64,000 nucleotides of DNA from Alphaproteobacteria bacterium (GTDB lineage Bacteria > Pseudomonadota > Alphaproteobacteria > JAAXGF01), in NCBI GenBank assembly GCA_963555825.3, contig CAUVXB020000002.1, positions 1,216,001 to 1,280,000 on the forward strand, written 5' to 3'. Shown one piece after another: positions 1-9,406 of the stretch. Numbering within the stretch: position 1 is the stretch's first letter; each line of letters starts with the position of its first letter. The position numbers and the translations under genes were made by a program. The notes beneath the pieces are model-generated. The model did not search any database, had not been told where the DNA came from, and saw only the letters and a list, made by a program, of their open reading frames with translations.

Positions 1-1745
1 ATCGCGAGCCTGCCGGCGGTTGGCTGCGCCAGTTGGCCGGGCGCGACGAAGGCGAGCGCGACGAACAGCGCGATCACGCCACCGGCGATGCCGCGCCTTC
101 CGGCGCCGCGCGCGGCGAACCACAGCACCAGCCCGACGGCAACCATCAACGCGCCGACGGCGAGCGCCGCGGTCATGCCGGCCTGCGCGGCGAGCACGCT
201 CAACAGCCAGATCCCGGTGGCGGCCAGCAGGACGCCGAGAACACGGCGCAGCGTGACCATCCACGGGCCCGGCCGGGGCAGCCGCGCGGCGAGCCCCGGG
301 AACGCCGCGAACGCGAGATAGGGCGCCGCCATGCCGAGGCCCAAGGCGGCGAACACGGCGACGATCTCGAGCGGTCCGCGGGCCAGCGCGAAACTCACCG
401 AGGTGCCGAGGAACGGCGCCGAACACGGCGTCGCCAACAATGTCGCGAAGGCGCCCGACGCAAAATCACCGGACAGGCTGCCCGGCGCCCTGCCAGCGAC
501 CGCCGCGCCGCCAATCGACACCGGCAAGTGGACCTCGAACAGGCCCCACAGGTTACAGGCGAACAGGGTGACGACGGCGACCATGGCGACGATGAACAGC
601 GGTTCCTGGAACTGAACGCCCCAGCCAACCGCGTGGCCCGCCGCCTTGAAGCCGGCGACGGCGCCGCCGAGCACCAGGAACGAGACGACGATGCCGGCCG
701 TCGTGGCGAGGAAGCGCATGGTGACCCGGCGCCGCTCGGTGCCGGCCATGCCGATCACGCCCATCACCTTGATCGACAGCACCGGCAGCACGCAAGGCAT
801 CAGGTTGAGGATCAGCCCGCCGACCATGGCGAGCATCAGAATCACCGCGAACGCGTCGAGCCGCGGCCCCTCGGCTTCGCCGGCGACGGCCACCAGCGTC
901 TGCTCGACGGCACGACCGCGGTCGGCCAGTGTCACGGTGAAGGACGCGCCGGTCAACGCCGGGGCCTCGCCGCGCGCCGGCGCGGCGAGGCGGAACACCG
1001 CCTCACGGCCACCGTCGAGGAGTTCGAGTTCGGGCGCGGCGAAATAGTACCTGTCGCCACCCTCGACGAACACCACCGGCTCGGCGAAGGGTTCGGGCGC
1101 GCGCGCGACGACGCGCAGCAGGCGATCCGGCCCCGCGCCGACCGCCTCGACCCGATCGATCGCCGGCCCCGACGCCGTCGGCGGCCCCGGCACCCGCGCC
1201 AGATAATCGGCGATCAGCCCGCCGAACGCGGTCGGGCCGGCCGGCCCGGGCGGTAGCGCGAGCTTTAGCTCGGCGCTGAATGGAACGCAGATCTGCTCGC
1301 AGGCGAGATAGTTGACGACCGCGCGCAGCACCGTCGGCCGCGCCGGATCGGTGGCCGACGCCACGATCGGCAGCACGACCTCGTCCTTGTATCCGTGGGT
1401 GACCAGCTCGCCGATCTCGATGAAGCGTTCGGGCAGCGGCCAGGACACCGCGACCGTTTCGAGGTTGGCCGAGCCCGACCAGTCGATCTGCGGTGCCAGG
1501 CCCGATTCGCCGGGCGAGCGCCAATAGATCTTCCAGCCCGGCGCGAGACGGAACTGCAGGCCGATCGAGGCCTTGCCGGCGACGTCGATGGCGTCCTGGG
1601 CCGAGACCAGGCGCACCTCGGTGACGTCGCTGCGTTGCCAGGCGCTCGACAGCGCCAGGGCGTCGGTCGCGGCGCCCAACGCGAAGATCGCCGCGCCGAG
1701 TACCGCGATGCGATACGCGAAGCTATCGATGGTCGCCCGCTTCAT
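1..1745 (-). CDS. dsbD: Thiol:disulfide interchange protein, DsbD family (3' end runs off the window)
   Basis: Manual minus-strand translation from ATG 1745: signal peptide, GWKIYWRSPGESG, LACEQICVP, then TM domain with GGLILNLMPCVLPVLSIK. Not in the ORF track because it is truncated at the edge. Confidence 0.85.
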   Translation of the reverse strand, partial: MKRATIDSFAYRIAVLGAAIFALGAATDALALSSAWQRSDVTEVRLVSAQDAIDVAGKASIGLQFRLAPGWKIYWRSPGESGLAPQIDWSGSANLETVAVSWPLPERFIEIGELVTHGYKDEVVLPIVASATDPARPTVLRAVVNYLACEQICVPFSAELKLALPPGPAGPTAFGGLIADYLARVPGPPTASGPAIDRVEAVGAGPDRLLRVVARAPEPFAEPVVFVEGGDRYYFAAPELELLDGGREAVFRLAAPARGEAPALTGASFTVTLADRGRAVEQTLVAVAGEAEGPRLDAFAVILMLAMVGGLILNLMPCVLPVLSIKVMGVIGMAGTERRRVTMRFLATTAGIVVSFLVLGGAVAGFKAAGHAVGWGVQFQEPLFIVAMVAVVTLFACNLWGLFEVHLPVSIGGAAVAGRAPGSLSGDFASGAFATLLATPCSAPFLGTSVSFALARGPLEIVAVFAALGLGMAAPYLAFAAFPGLAARLPRPGPWMVTLRRVLGVLLAATGIWLLSVLAAQAGMTAALAVGALMVAVGLVLWFAARGAGRRGIAGGVIALFVALAFVAPGQLAQPTAGRLA

Positions 1746-1912
1746 GGTCTCTCCGACATGGTCTCTCCGACATGAGGCCCCGACGGTCGCGGCCGGGGCG
1801 GGACTCGCAATCTCATGACAGAAGGATATATAGAATTCTACTACCCGTTTGTCACATCTGTGCGATACTGAACGGGTAAGAAACGTTGGAAACGGCGGTT
1901 TTTGGAGCTGTG

Positions 1913-2479
1913 ATGGACCAACAATCCGGCTTCCTCGAAGGCAAAATGCTCATCGCGATGCCGCAGATGACCGATCCGCGCTTTGCCAGGACGGTCCTGT
2001 TTCTGTGCGCCCACTCAACCGAGGGCGCGATGGGTCTGGTGGTCAACAAGCTGGTCGATTCGATCACCTTCCCTGATCTGTTGAGCCAGCTCAACATCGA
2101 GGTCGGCGACGCCGATGAGAGCATCAGCGTGCATTTCGGCGGCCCGGTCGAATCGGGGCGCGGCTTCGTGCTGCATTCGGACGACTACGTTCAGGAATCG
2201 ACGCTGGTGATCGACGCCGGCGTCGCGCTGACGGCGACCACCGACGTGCTCAAGGCGATCGCGCGCGGCGGCGGGCCCAAGCGCAGCCTGCTGGCGCTCG
2301 GCTATGCCGGCTGGTCGCCCGGCCAGCTCGACGCCGAGATCCAGGCCAACGGCTGGCTGCACGTCGATCCCGACGACGAGCTGATCTTCGGTGACGATCT
2401 CAATGGCAAGTGGGAACAGGCGATCGCCAAGCTGGGCATCGACATGACGTTGTTGTCGAGCGAGGCCGGCCACGCCTGA
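1913..2479 (+). CDS. YqgE/AlgH family protein
   Basis: [45 protein letters not shown]-terminal EAGHA. Confidence 0.92.
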   Translation: MDQQSGFLEGKMLIAMPQMTDPRFARTVLFLCAHSTEGAMGLVVNKLVDSITFPDLLSQLNIEVGDADESISVHFGGPVESGRGFVLHSDDYVQESTLVIDAGVALTATTDVLKAIARGGGPKRSLLALGYAGWSPGQLDAEIQANGWLHVDPDDELIFGDDLNGKWEQAIAKLGIDMTLLSSEAGHA

Positions 2480-2481
2480 TC

Positions 2482-2666
2482 CTAGCGATCGATCTCGGTC
2501 GAAATCTACCAGCCCGCGCCAACCTTATTGGGACAAGAGGGGGGTCGCCGACCGTTCGGCCGGTCCTTATGGGATTAAGAATGGCCTTGTGGGATTAAGA
2601 TTGGCATGCGCGGCGATTGAGCGCAGGTCATCATTACGACGTAAAGATGACCGCGCAAATGGTCTA
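2482..2666 (+). repeat. Intergenic structured repeat family A, copy 1 (long form)
   Basis: Shares gccgaccgttcggc and gcatgcgcggcgattgagcgcaggtca...gatgaccg with copies near 18.3, 20.0, 49.9, 57.0 and 63.0 kb. Confidence 0.85.
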
Positions 2667-3266
2667 TCAGGCCTTCGGGACGCCGCGGTCGCTCGCGAGC
2701 AGCGCAAACAGCAGATGGTCGTGCCAGCGGCCGTTGATGCGCAGGTAATCCCGCGCATAACCCTCTTCGTGAAAATCAAGCTTGCGCAGCAACCCATGAC
2801 TGGCGACGTTGTCCGGCAGACAGGCCGCATCGAGCCGGTGCAGGCCGAGGGTATCGAAGACGAAGGGCAGCAGGCTGGTGATCGCCTCGCACATGAAGCC
2901 CTGGCGCGCGTGTTGCTCGCCGACCCAATAACCCAGACTGCACGACATCGCGACGCCGCGCTGCAGATTGCTCAAGGTCACGCCGCCGAGCAGCGCGTCG
3001 TCGGCGCGCCGGAAGATGAAGAAGGCATAGCCGGTGTCGTCGAGGCTCTCGCGCGCCTGGCGGCGCAGCCGGCGCCGGAACGCGCCGCGGCTTAGTGCGT
3101 CCTTGGGCCATGTCGGCTCCCAGGGTTCGAGGAACGCGCGCGAGGCCGTGCGGATCTTCGACCAGGCGCGCCAGTCGCCGCCGCGCGGCGCGCGCAAGTA
3201 GACACGCGAGCCATAAAGCCGTGCCGAGTGTGTCGTGCCTGAAATCGGTCTGAGAAAGGCGAACAC
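2667..3266 (-). CDS. RimJ-type GNAT N-acetyltransferase
   Basis: SRAFLEPWEPTW, SLGYWVGE, LHRLDAAC, EGYARDYLRINGRWHDH. Confidence 0.88.
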   Translation of the reverse strand: MFAFLRPISGTTHSARLYGSRVYLRAPRGGDWRAWSKIRTASRAFLEPWEPTWPKDALSRGAFRRRLRRQARESLDDTGYAFFIFRRADDALLGGVTLSNLQRGVAMSCSLGYWVGEQHARQGFMCEAITSLLPFVFDTLGLHRLDAACLPDNVASHGLLRKLDFHEEGYARDYLRINGRWHDHLLFALLASDRGVPKA

Positions 3267-3282
3267 GGCCCGATCCTGGGGC

Positions 3283-4545
3283 TCAGCCGAATCTTTCGGC
3301 GATCTTTTCGTAGGCCTCGACCCGGCCGATCGGGCCGAGCACCGTGACGGTCGGCGCGCCGCCCCCGACCAGGTTCCGCGCGGCGATCTCGATTGCCGCG
3401 CCGTCGACCGCGTCGATCTTGTCGATAATCTCGCTCGCCGGGATCGACCGGCCGAAAATGAGCATCTGCCGGCCGAGCTGCTCGCAGCGCGCCGATGGGC
3501 TTTCCATCGACATCAGCAACGACGCCTTGAGCTGCGCCCTGGCGCGGTCGATCTCGTCGTCGTCGACGCGCTGGGCGATCTTGACGACCTCGTCGCAGAT
3601 CACCGGAACCAGCTCATCGACATGGCTCTCGCCGGCGCCGGCGTAAATGCCGAACAGCCCGCCGTCGACATAGGACGCAGTGAACGAATAGACCGAATAG
3701 GCCAACCCGCGCTTCTCGCGCACCTCTTGGAACAGGCGCGACGACATGCCGCCGCCGAAGGCCGTCGACAGCACCTGCATGGCGTAGAACGACGGGTCGT
3801 CATAGGCGACGCCGTCGAAGCCCATGACCAGGTGAATCTGCTCGAGGCTCTGGTCGCGGCGCGTGTCGCCGCCGGCGTATTCGGCCGGCTCGACCGCGCG
3901 GCCGTCGTGACGCGGCAGGGCGTCGAAGGCGTGGCGGTTGAGCTCGACGAAGTCGTCGTGGTCGACCCGCCCGGCCGCCACGGCGACCATGCCGCCGGCG
4001 CCGTAATGATCCTTCATGTAGCCGAACACGTCATCGCGCGAGAATCCGCCGACGCTCTCGACCGTGCCCAGAATCGAGCGACCGAGCGGTTGGTCGGGAT
4101 AGGCGGTCTCCTGGAACAGATCGAAGATGACGTCGTCGGGCGTGTCGTGGACCTGGGCGATCTCCTGCATGACGACCTCGCGCTCGCGCTCGAGCTCGTC
4201 CTCCGGCATCACCGTGTGCTGCAGGATATCGGCCAGGATGTCGACGGCGAGCGGCACGTGCTCCTTGAGCACGCGGGCGACGAAGGCGGTCTGCTCGCGC
4301 GAGGTATAGGCGTTGAGGTGGCCGCCGACCGATTCGATCTCCTCGACAATGGCGAGCGCGCTGCGCCGTTCGGTACCCTTGAACGCCATGTGCTCCAAGA
4401 GATGCGAGATGCCGTTGAGCTCGCGCCGCTCGTCGCGCGCGCCGGCATTGACCCAGACGCCGACCGCCGCGGTCTCGAGACCCGGCATGTCGACGGTGGC
4501 GACCCGCAGGCCGTTTTCGAGTGTGGTGACGCGCGGCTCGGTCAT
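3283..4545 (-). CDS. M16 (pitrilysin family) zinc peptidase
   Basis: HLLEHMAFKGT inverted zinc motif, NAYTSRE, GGGMSSRLFQEVREKRGLAY. Confidence 0.93.
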   Translation of the reverse strand: MTEPRVTTLENGLRVATVDMPGLETAAVGVWVNAGARDERRELNGISHLLEHMAFKGTERRSALAIVEEIESVGGHLNAYTSREQTAFVARVLKEHVPLAVDILADILQHTVMPEDELEREREVVMQEIAQVHDTPDDVIFDLFQETAYPDQPLGRSILGTVESVGGFSRDDVFGYMKDHYGAGGMVAVAAGRVDHDDFVELNRHAFDALPRHDGRAVEPAEYAGGDTRRDQSLEQIHLVMGFDGVAYDDPSFYAMQVLSTAFGGGMSSRLFQEVREKRGLAYSVYSFTASYVDGGLFGIYAGAGESHVDELVPVICDEVVKIAQRVDDDEIDRARAQLKASLLMSMESPSARCEQLGRQMLIFGRSIPASEIIDKIDAVDGAAIEIAARNLVGGGAPTVTVLGPIGRVEAYEKIAERFG

Positions 4546-5960
4546 GCTGCGCCCTTCGTCCTGTTTCCGGTATCCACTGCGCCGCGGATGTAGCGCATCA
4601 CGGCGGCGAGGTCGTTTGGCAGGGTCTGACAGCGTTCGGGTCGGTCGTAAAGGCCGGCGAGATGCGCCGGCAGTTCGGGCCGTACACCGGTGGCGCGTTC
4701 GACTGCTTCGGGGAACTTCGATGGGTGCGCCGTCGCCAGCGCGATCATCGGCACGCCCGCGTCGCCCCGGCGGGCGCGCCCGGCGGCGACGCCGATGGCG
4801 CTGTGCGGATCGATCAGCATGCCGGTTTCGCGATGGATGCGGCCGATTTCGGCCTCGGTGCCGGCGTCGTCGAGGTGGTGGGCGGCGAACAGGCCGCGCG
4901 CCGCATCGAGCCGCGCCGGCTCGATCTCGAAGGCGCCGTCGGCGGCGAGCCCGGCCATCAGCCCGGCGACCGCCGCGCCGTCGCCGTCGTAGAGGTCGAA
5001 CAACAGGCGCTCGAAGTTGCTCGCCACCTGGATGTCCATGCTCGGGCTCAGCGTCGGCACGACCTCGGCGACCTCATAACGGCCGCTGGTCAGCACGCGG
5101 GCGAGGATGTCGTTGGTGTTGGTGCCGACGATCAGGCGGTCGATCGGCAGACCCATCTTATGCGCGGCATAGCCGGCGAAGACGTCGCCGAAGTTGCCCG
5201 TCGGCACCGCGAAAGCGACCTTGCGGTGCGGCGCGCCGAGCGCCACGGCGGCCGAGAAATAGTAGACGATCTGCGCCATGACGCGCGCCCAGTTGATCGA
5301 GTTGACCGCCGACATGCCGATCTCGTCGCGGAAGCCGGTGTCGGCGAACATCGCCTTCAACAGCGCCTGGCAATCGTCGAAATGACCCTCGATCGCGATG
5401 TTGTGGACGTTGGCCGCGTCGACCGTCGTCATCTGGCGGCGCTGCACCTCGGTGACGCGGCCCTCGGGGTGCAGGATGAAGATCTCGACGTTCGGCCGGT
5501 CGCGGCACGCCTCGATGGCGGCGGCGCCGGTGTCGCCCGAGGTCGCGCCGACGATGGTGACGCGCTCGCCGCGCTCGGCCAGCACATGGGAGAACAGGCG
5601 GCCCAGAAGCTGCAGGCCGACATCCTTGAACGCGAGCGTCGGCCCGTGGAACAGTTCGACCAGCCAGTCGTTGTCGTCGATCTGGCGCAACGGCGCGACC
5701 GCGGCGTGGCCGAAGCCGGCGTAAGCGTCCTCGATCATGCGCGCGAAGGCGGCCGGCGCGATCGCGTCGCCGACCAGCGGCGTCATCACGCGCATGGCGA
5801 GGTCGGCATAGCGCAAGCCGGCGAAACCGGCGATCTCGTCGGTCGTGAAGCGCGGCCAGCTTTCGGGCACATAGAGCCCGCCGTCGCGCGCCAGGCCGGC
5901 GAGCACGACGTCGTCGAACGCGAGTCGCGGCGCGGTGCCGCGCGTACTGACGTAGCTCAA
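4542..5960 (-). CDS. thrC: Threonine synthase
   Basis: YVSTRG, ELFHGPTLAFKD, GATSGDTG, NSINWAR, VPTGNFG, ATAHPSKF. Confidence 0.96.
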   Translation of the reverse strand: MSYVSTRGTAPRLAFDDVVLAGLARDGGLYVPESWPRFTTDEIAGFAGLRYADLAMRVMTPLVGDAIAPAAFARMIEDAYAGFGHAAVAPLRQIDDNDWLVELFHGPTLAFKDVGLQLLGRLFSHVLAERGERVTIVGATSGDTGAAAIEACRDRPNVEIFILHPEGRVTEVQRRQMTTVDAANVHNIAIEGHFDDCQALLKAMFADTGFRDEIGMSAVNSINWARVMAQIVYYFSAAVALGAPHRKVAFAVPTGNFGDVFAGYAAHKMGLPIDRLIVGTNTNDILARVLTSGRYEVAEVVPTLSPSMDIQVASNFERLLFDLYDGDGAAVAGLMAGLAADGAFEIEPARLDAARGLFAAHHLDDAGTEAEIGRIHRETGMLIDPHSAIGVAAGRARRGDAGVPMIALATAHPSKFPEAVERATGVRPELPAHLAGLYDRPERCQTLPNDLAAVMRYIRGAVDTGNRTKGAA

Positions 5961-6052
5961 ACGTTGCCCTCCCCGCCGCGTTCGGCGCGGCTTGGGCTAA
6001 GACTATCGGCCCGGCGAGGCGGTTACAAGCCGTCAGGGTTGGCCGCGAGGCG

Positions 6053-6490
6053 CTAGCGCGCGTCGCCGCCGCAGCAGGCGGTGTCGGCGGCGACCAGGTC
6101 GTCGAGGCTCGCCTCGTCGCCGTAAACCGTCGCGCTGCCGGTCGTCAGGAACGCCTCCCACGGCACGCCGTCCGGATCGGCGATCCACGCCTTGGTCGAG
6201 CGCGCGTAACAGCACGTCGTCTCGGCGAGTTCGCGCATCGGCCGCTCGGCCGCCGTCATGCGCCGATGCAGTTCGTCGAGCTCGTCCGGGTCCTCGACTT
6301 GGATGCCCAGGTGGTTGAGGCCGACGGTCTGCTTGGCCGGCATGATCGAGAAGTTGACGCGCGGGTCGTCGAGCATCCATTTGGCGTAGTCGTCCTTGCA
6401 AACCGTCGGCGGCGCGCCGAAGACGGTCGAGTAGAAGCCGACCGAGGCGTCGAGATCGGTAACCGAGAGCGAGACGTGAAGACGCTTCAT
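6053..6490 (-). CDS. ArsI/CadI family VOC metalloenzyme
   Basis: MKRLHVSL, DYAKWMLDDPRVNFSI, HLGIQV, TTCCYARSTKAWIADPDGVPWE. Confidence 0.88.
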   Translation of the reverse strand: MKRLHVSLSVTDLDASVGFYSTVFGAPPTVCKDDYAKWMLDDPRVNFSIMPAKQTVGLNHLGIQVEDPDELDELHRRMTAAERPMRELAETTCCYARSTKAWIADPDGVPWEAFLTTGSATVYGDEASLDDLVAADTACCGGDAR

Positions 6491-6828
6491 GGCGATATCC
6501 TCCGTGGTTCCCTTGGCCGTGTCGTCGGCCGGCAGGCCGCCGCACCGGCCTGACAACAGTTGGCGAGCAGATAGCCCATCAGCCCGTCGATGGCGTCGAA
6601 ACGCGCGGCGTAGATGATCGAGCGGCCGTCGCGCCGTGAGCCGACCAGACCGGCATGCGCGAGCCGCGTCAGGTGGAACGAGAGCGTCGCCGGCGCGACG
6701 CCGAGGCGCGCGCCGATGTCGCCCGCGGCCCTGCCCTCGGGGCCGGCTTCGACCAGCAGGCGGAAGGCCGCGAGCCGTGACTCATGGGCCAGGGCGGCGA
6801 GGGCTGAAATGGCAGCATTCGTTTCCAT
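6487..6828 (-). CDS. arsR: ArsR/SmtB family transcriptional repressor
   Basis: LAALAHESRLAAFRLLV, PATLSFHL, C-terminal NCC; 4-nt overlap with the arsI-like gene. Confidence 0.88.
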   Translation of the reverse strand: METNAAISALAALAHESRLAAFRLLVEAGPEGRAAGDIGARLGVAPATLSFHLTRLAHAGLVGSRRDGRSIIYAARFDAIDGLMGYLLANCCQAGAAACRPTTRPREPRRISP

Positions 6829-6849
6829 ATTTCTATAATTATTAAAATA
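6828..6849. promoter_or_regulatory. AT-rich imperfect palindrome, probable ArsR operator
   Basis: tatttctataa|ttattaaaata (9 of 11 pairs) abutting the arsR start; TTGACG on the minus strand at 6858-6863. Confidence 0.6.
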
Positions 6850-6955
6850 AATCGATGCGTCAAGAGCCGGACTGAAAAATATCTGCGGTCACGCGCACCG
6901 ACTTTGCGCATTATGTGGAAAATCGACGCGACTGGTTGACAGGGAGGACCCGGCG

Positions 6956-8587
6956 ATGACGGAGGCCAAGGCCGAGCTGATCCTGAAGAACGGGCGTATC
7001 TGGCGCGGCGCCGGCCTGGGCGTCACCGAGGCGCTCGCGGCGGCCGACGGCGTCATCATGGCGACCGGCGCCGACGACGAGGTCGGGGCGCTCGCCGGGC
7101 CTGACACCGTGACCATCGACCTGCGTGGCCGGCTCGCAATCCCGGGTTTCTACGACGCCCATATGCACCTGCTGCCGCTCGGCCTGACGCTCGGCGAGAT
7201 CGACGCGCGTCCCGCGGCCGCGCCGACCATGGATGCGCTGATCGACCGGGTGCGCCGCCACGTCGCCGACCTCGCGCCCGGCGCCTGGGCATTCGGCCGC
7301 GGCTACGACCACCACCTGATCGCCGAGCGCCGCCATCCGACGCGCGACGACCTCGACGCCGCGGCACCCGACAACCCGGTCTATATCAAGCGCACCTGCG
7401 GCCACATGGGCGTCGCCAACTCGGCCGCGCTGGCGCTCGCCGGGGTCGATCAGGGCTCGGCCCAGCCGCCCGGCGGCCATATCGAGCGGCGCGACGGCCG
7501 GCCGACCGGGCTGTTGCAGGAGCGCGCCCAGCAGTGCATCTTCGACGTCATGCCACCGCCGTCGTCGGACGCGCTGACCGCCGCCGTCGAGGACGCAAGC
7601 CGCCTGATGCTCGCCCAGGGCATCACCTCGGCGATGGACGCCGGCGTCGGCATGCGCGCCGGCTTCGCCGAATACCGCGCCTACGCCCGCGCCCGCGACG
7701 AAGGCCGCCTGCCGATGCGCGCCTATCTGTGCTTGGTCGGCGGCCCCAACGGCATCGTCGAGGAGGCCTACGCCGAGGGCCTGGTCACCGGCGTCGGCGA
7801 CGAGCGGCTCAAGGTCGGCCCGATCAAGATCTTCACCGACGGCAGCGCCGGCGGGCGCACCGCGGCGATGCGCGAGGCTTACGTCGGCGACGACTGCGAC
7901 TGCGGCATGTTCCTGTTCGGAGACGACGACATGAACGACATGGCGATGGACTACCACGTCAAGGGCTATCAGCTCGGCGTCCATGCGATCGGCGACGCGG
8001 CGATCGACCAGACGCTCGCGGCGGTCGGCCGCGCGATGGCCGCGCACCCGGTCGTCGACCGGCGCCACCGCATCGAGCACTGCGGCTTCATCCACCCCGA
8101 ACAGATCGCCGAGATGGTGCGTCTCGGCATGGTGCCGGTGCCGCAGCCGATCTTCATCCACCAATTCGGCGACGCCTATGTCGAGGTGCTGGGCGAGGAA
8201 CGGCCGGCGAGCGCCTATCCGATGGCGAGCTGGATCGCCGCCGGTCTCAAGCCCGCGGCGAGCACCGACGCGCCGGTCTCCGACTACAATCCGTTCCTCA
8301 ACGTCTACGCCACGCTGACGCGCGCCGCGGCGAGCGGCCGCGTGATCGGCGCCGACCAATGCATCGGCATCGAGGCGGCGCTGACCGCGATGACCTACAA
8401 CGGCGCCTACGCGGGTTTCTCGGAAACGACCCGCGGCACAATCGAGACCGGCAAGCTGGCCGACATCGCGGTCATCGACACCGATCTGTTGCGCGCCAAC
8501 CCCGACGAGATCCGCGCCGCCCAGGCCGACCTCACCGTGCTCGGCGGCGACGTGGTCCACGACCGCCTGGGCGAGGCCAGCAGTTGA
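6956..8587 (+). CDS. Amidohydrolase 3 family (YtcJ-like)
   Basis: PGFYDAHMH, KIFTDGS, HAIGDAA, RHRIEH, GTIETGKLAD. Confidence 0.9.
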   Translation: MTEAKAELILKNGRIWRGAGLGVTEALAAADGVIMATGADDEVGALAGPDTVTIDLRGRLAIPGFYDAHMHLLPLGLTLGEIDARPAAAPTMDALIDRVRRHVADLAPGAWAFGRGYDHHLIAERRHPTRDDLDAAAPDNPVYIKRTCGHMGVANSAALALAGVDQGSAQPPGGHIERRDGRPTGLLQERAQQCIFDVMPPPSSDALTAAVEDASRLMLAQGITSAMDAGVGMRAGFAEYRAYARARDEGRLPMRAYLCLVGGPNGIVEEAYAEGLVTGVGDERLKVGPIKIFTDGSAGGRTAAMREAYVGDDCDCGMFLFGDDDMNDMAMDYHVKGYQLGVHAIGDAAIDQTLAAVGRAMAAHPVVDRRHRIEHCGFIHPEQIAEMVRLGMVPVPQPIFIHQFGDAYVEVLGEERPASAYPMASWIAAGLKPAASTDAPVSDYNPFLNVYATLTRAAASGRVIGADQCIGIEAALTAMTYNGAYAGFSETTRGTIETGKLADIAVIDTDLLRANPDEIRAAQADLTVLGGDVVHDRLGEASS

Positions 8588-8663
8588 TCGGCGCAGGTCG
8601 GGCAATCGATCGGTCGCTCGGGCTTGAAACGTACGGGCGCCATACGGGACACTATGCGGCGCC

Positions 8664-9131
8664 ATGACCAGGAAACGTCTGCTCATCGTCGCCCACGCGC
8701 CGTCGCCCAGGACCCGTCGGCTGCGCGACGCCGTCGTCGAGGGCGCGACGTCGGACGACATCGAAAACGTCGAGGTCGTCGCGCTCGCACCGCTCGACGC
8801 CGGGCCCGAGGACGTCTTGGCGGCCAGCGCGATCATCCTTGGAACGACCGAGAACCTCGGCTACATGAGCGGCGCGCTCAAGGACTTCTTCGATCGCAGC
8901 TACTATCCGTGCCTCGAGAAGACCCAGGCGCTGCCCTATTGCCTTTACATCCGCGCGGGCCACGACGGCACCGGGACACGGCGCGGCGTCGAGACGATCG
9001 TCGCCGGCCTGCGCTGGCGCGCCGTCCAGGAACCGCTGGTCTGCCGCGGCGAATGGCGCGACGCGTTCGTCGAGCAGTGCCGTGAGCTGGGCGCCGCGAT
9101 GGCCGCCGGCCTCGACGCCGGAATCTTCTAG
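8664..9131 (+). CDS. Flavodoxin-like / NAD(P)H-dependent FMN reductase family protein
   Basis: LGTTENLGYMSGALKDFFDRSYY, AGHDGTG. Confidence 0.8.
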   Translation: MTRKRLLIVAHAPSPRTRRLRDAVVEGATSDDIENVEVVALAPLDAGPEDVLAASAIILGTTENLGYMSGALKDFFDRSYYPCLEKTQALPYCLYIRAGHDGTGTRRGVETIVAGLRWRAVQEPLVCRGEWRDAFVEQCRELGAAMAAGLDAGIF

Positions 9132-9208
9132 GCCGCGCCTTCGCCGGGCCAACGCCGGCGACCGCCCATCACCGAGACCACGCGCAAACCGTCGCTGCAC
9201 AATCAATC

Positions 9209-9277
9209 AGTGTCAGACACTATTTTAAGATATTGACATAACATGCTTCTACTGAGACAAAGGTGTCTGACACCTTT
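9209..9277. repeat. Palindrome pair, family C (GTGTCWGACAC)
   Basis: agtgtcagacact at 9209-9221 and aaaggtgtctgacaccttt at 9259-9277; same pair at 58712-58819. Confidence 0.75.
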
Positions 9278-9406
9278 TTATCTTATATTCGGGTTGTGAA
9301 GGTCGATGCGGCGCCTCGGGGCTACTGCGCGTCGTCGATTTCGATGGACCGGACGGCCGTTGTGCTGCATAAGCGCGGGCGTTTCACCTCGGTCATTGGA
9401 TGGGCC

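Noticed and set aside
8645-8654. cgggacacta resembling the IS630 end
   Set aside because: Only 10 bp with no partner end; it cannot be distinguished from chance.
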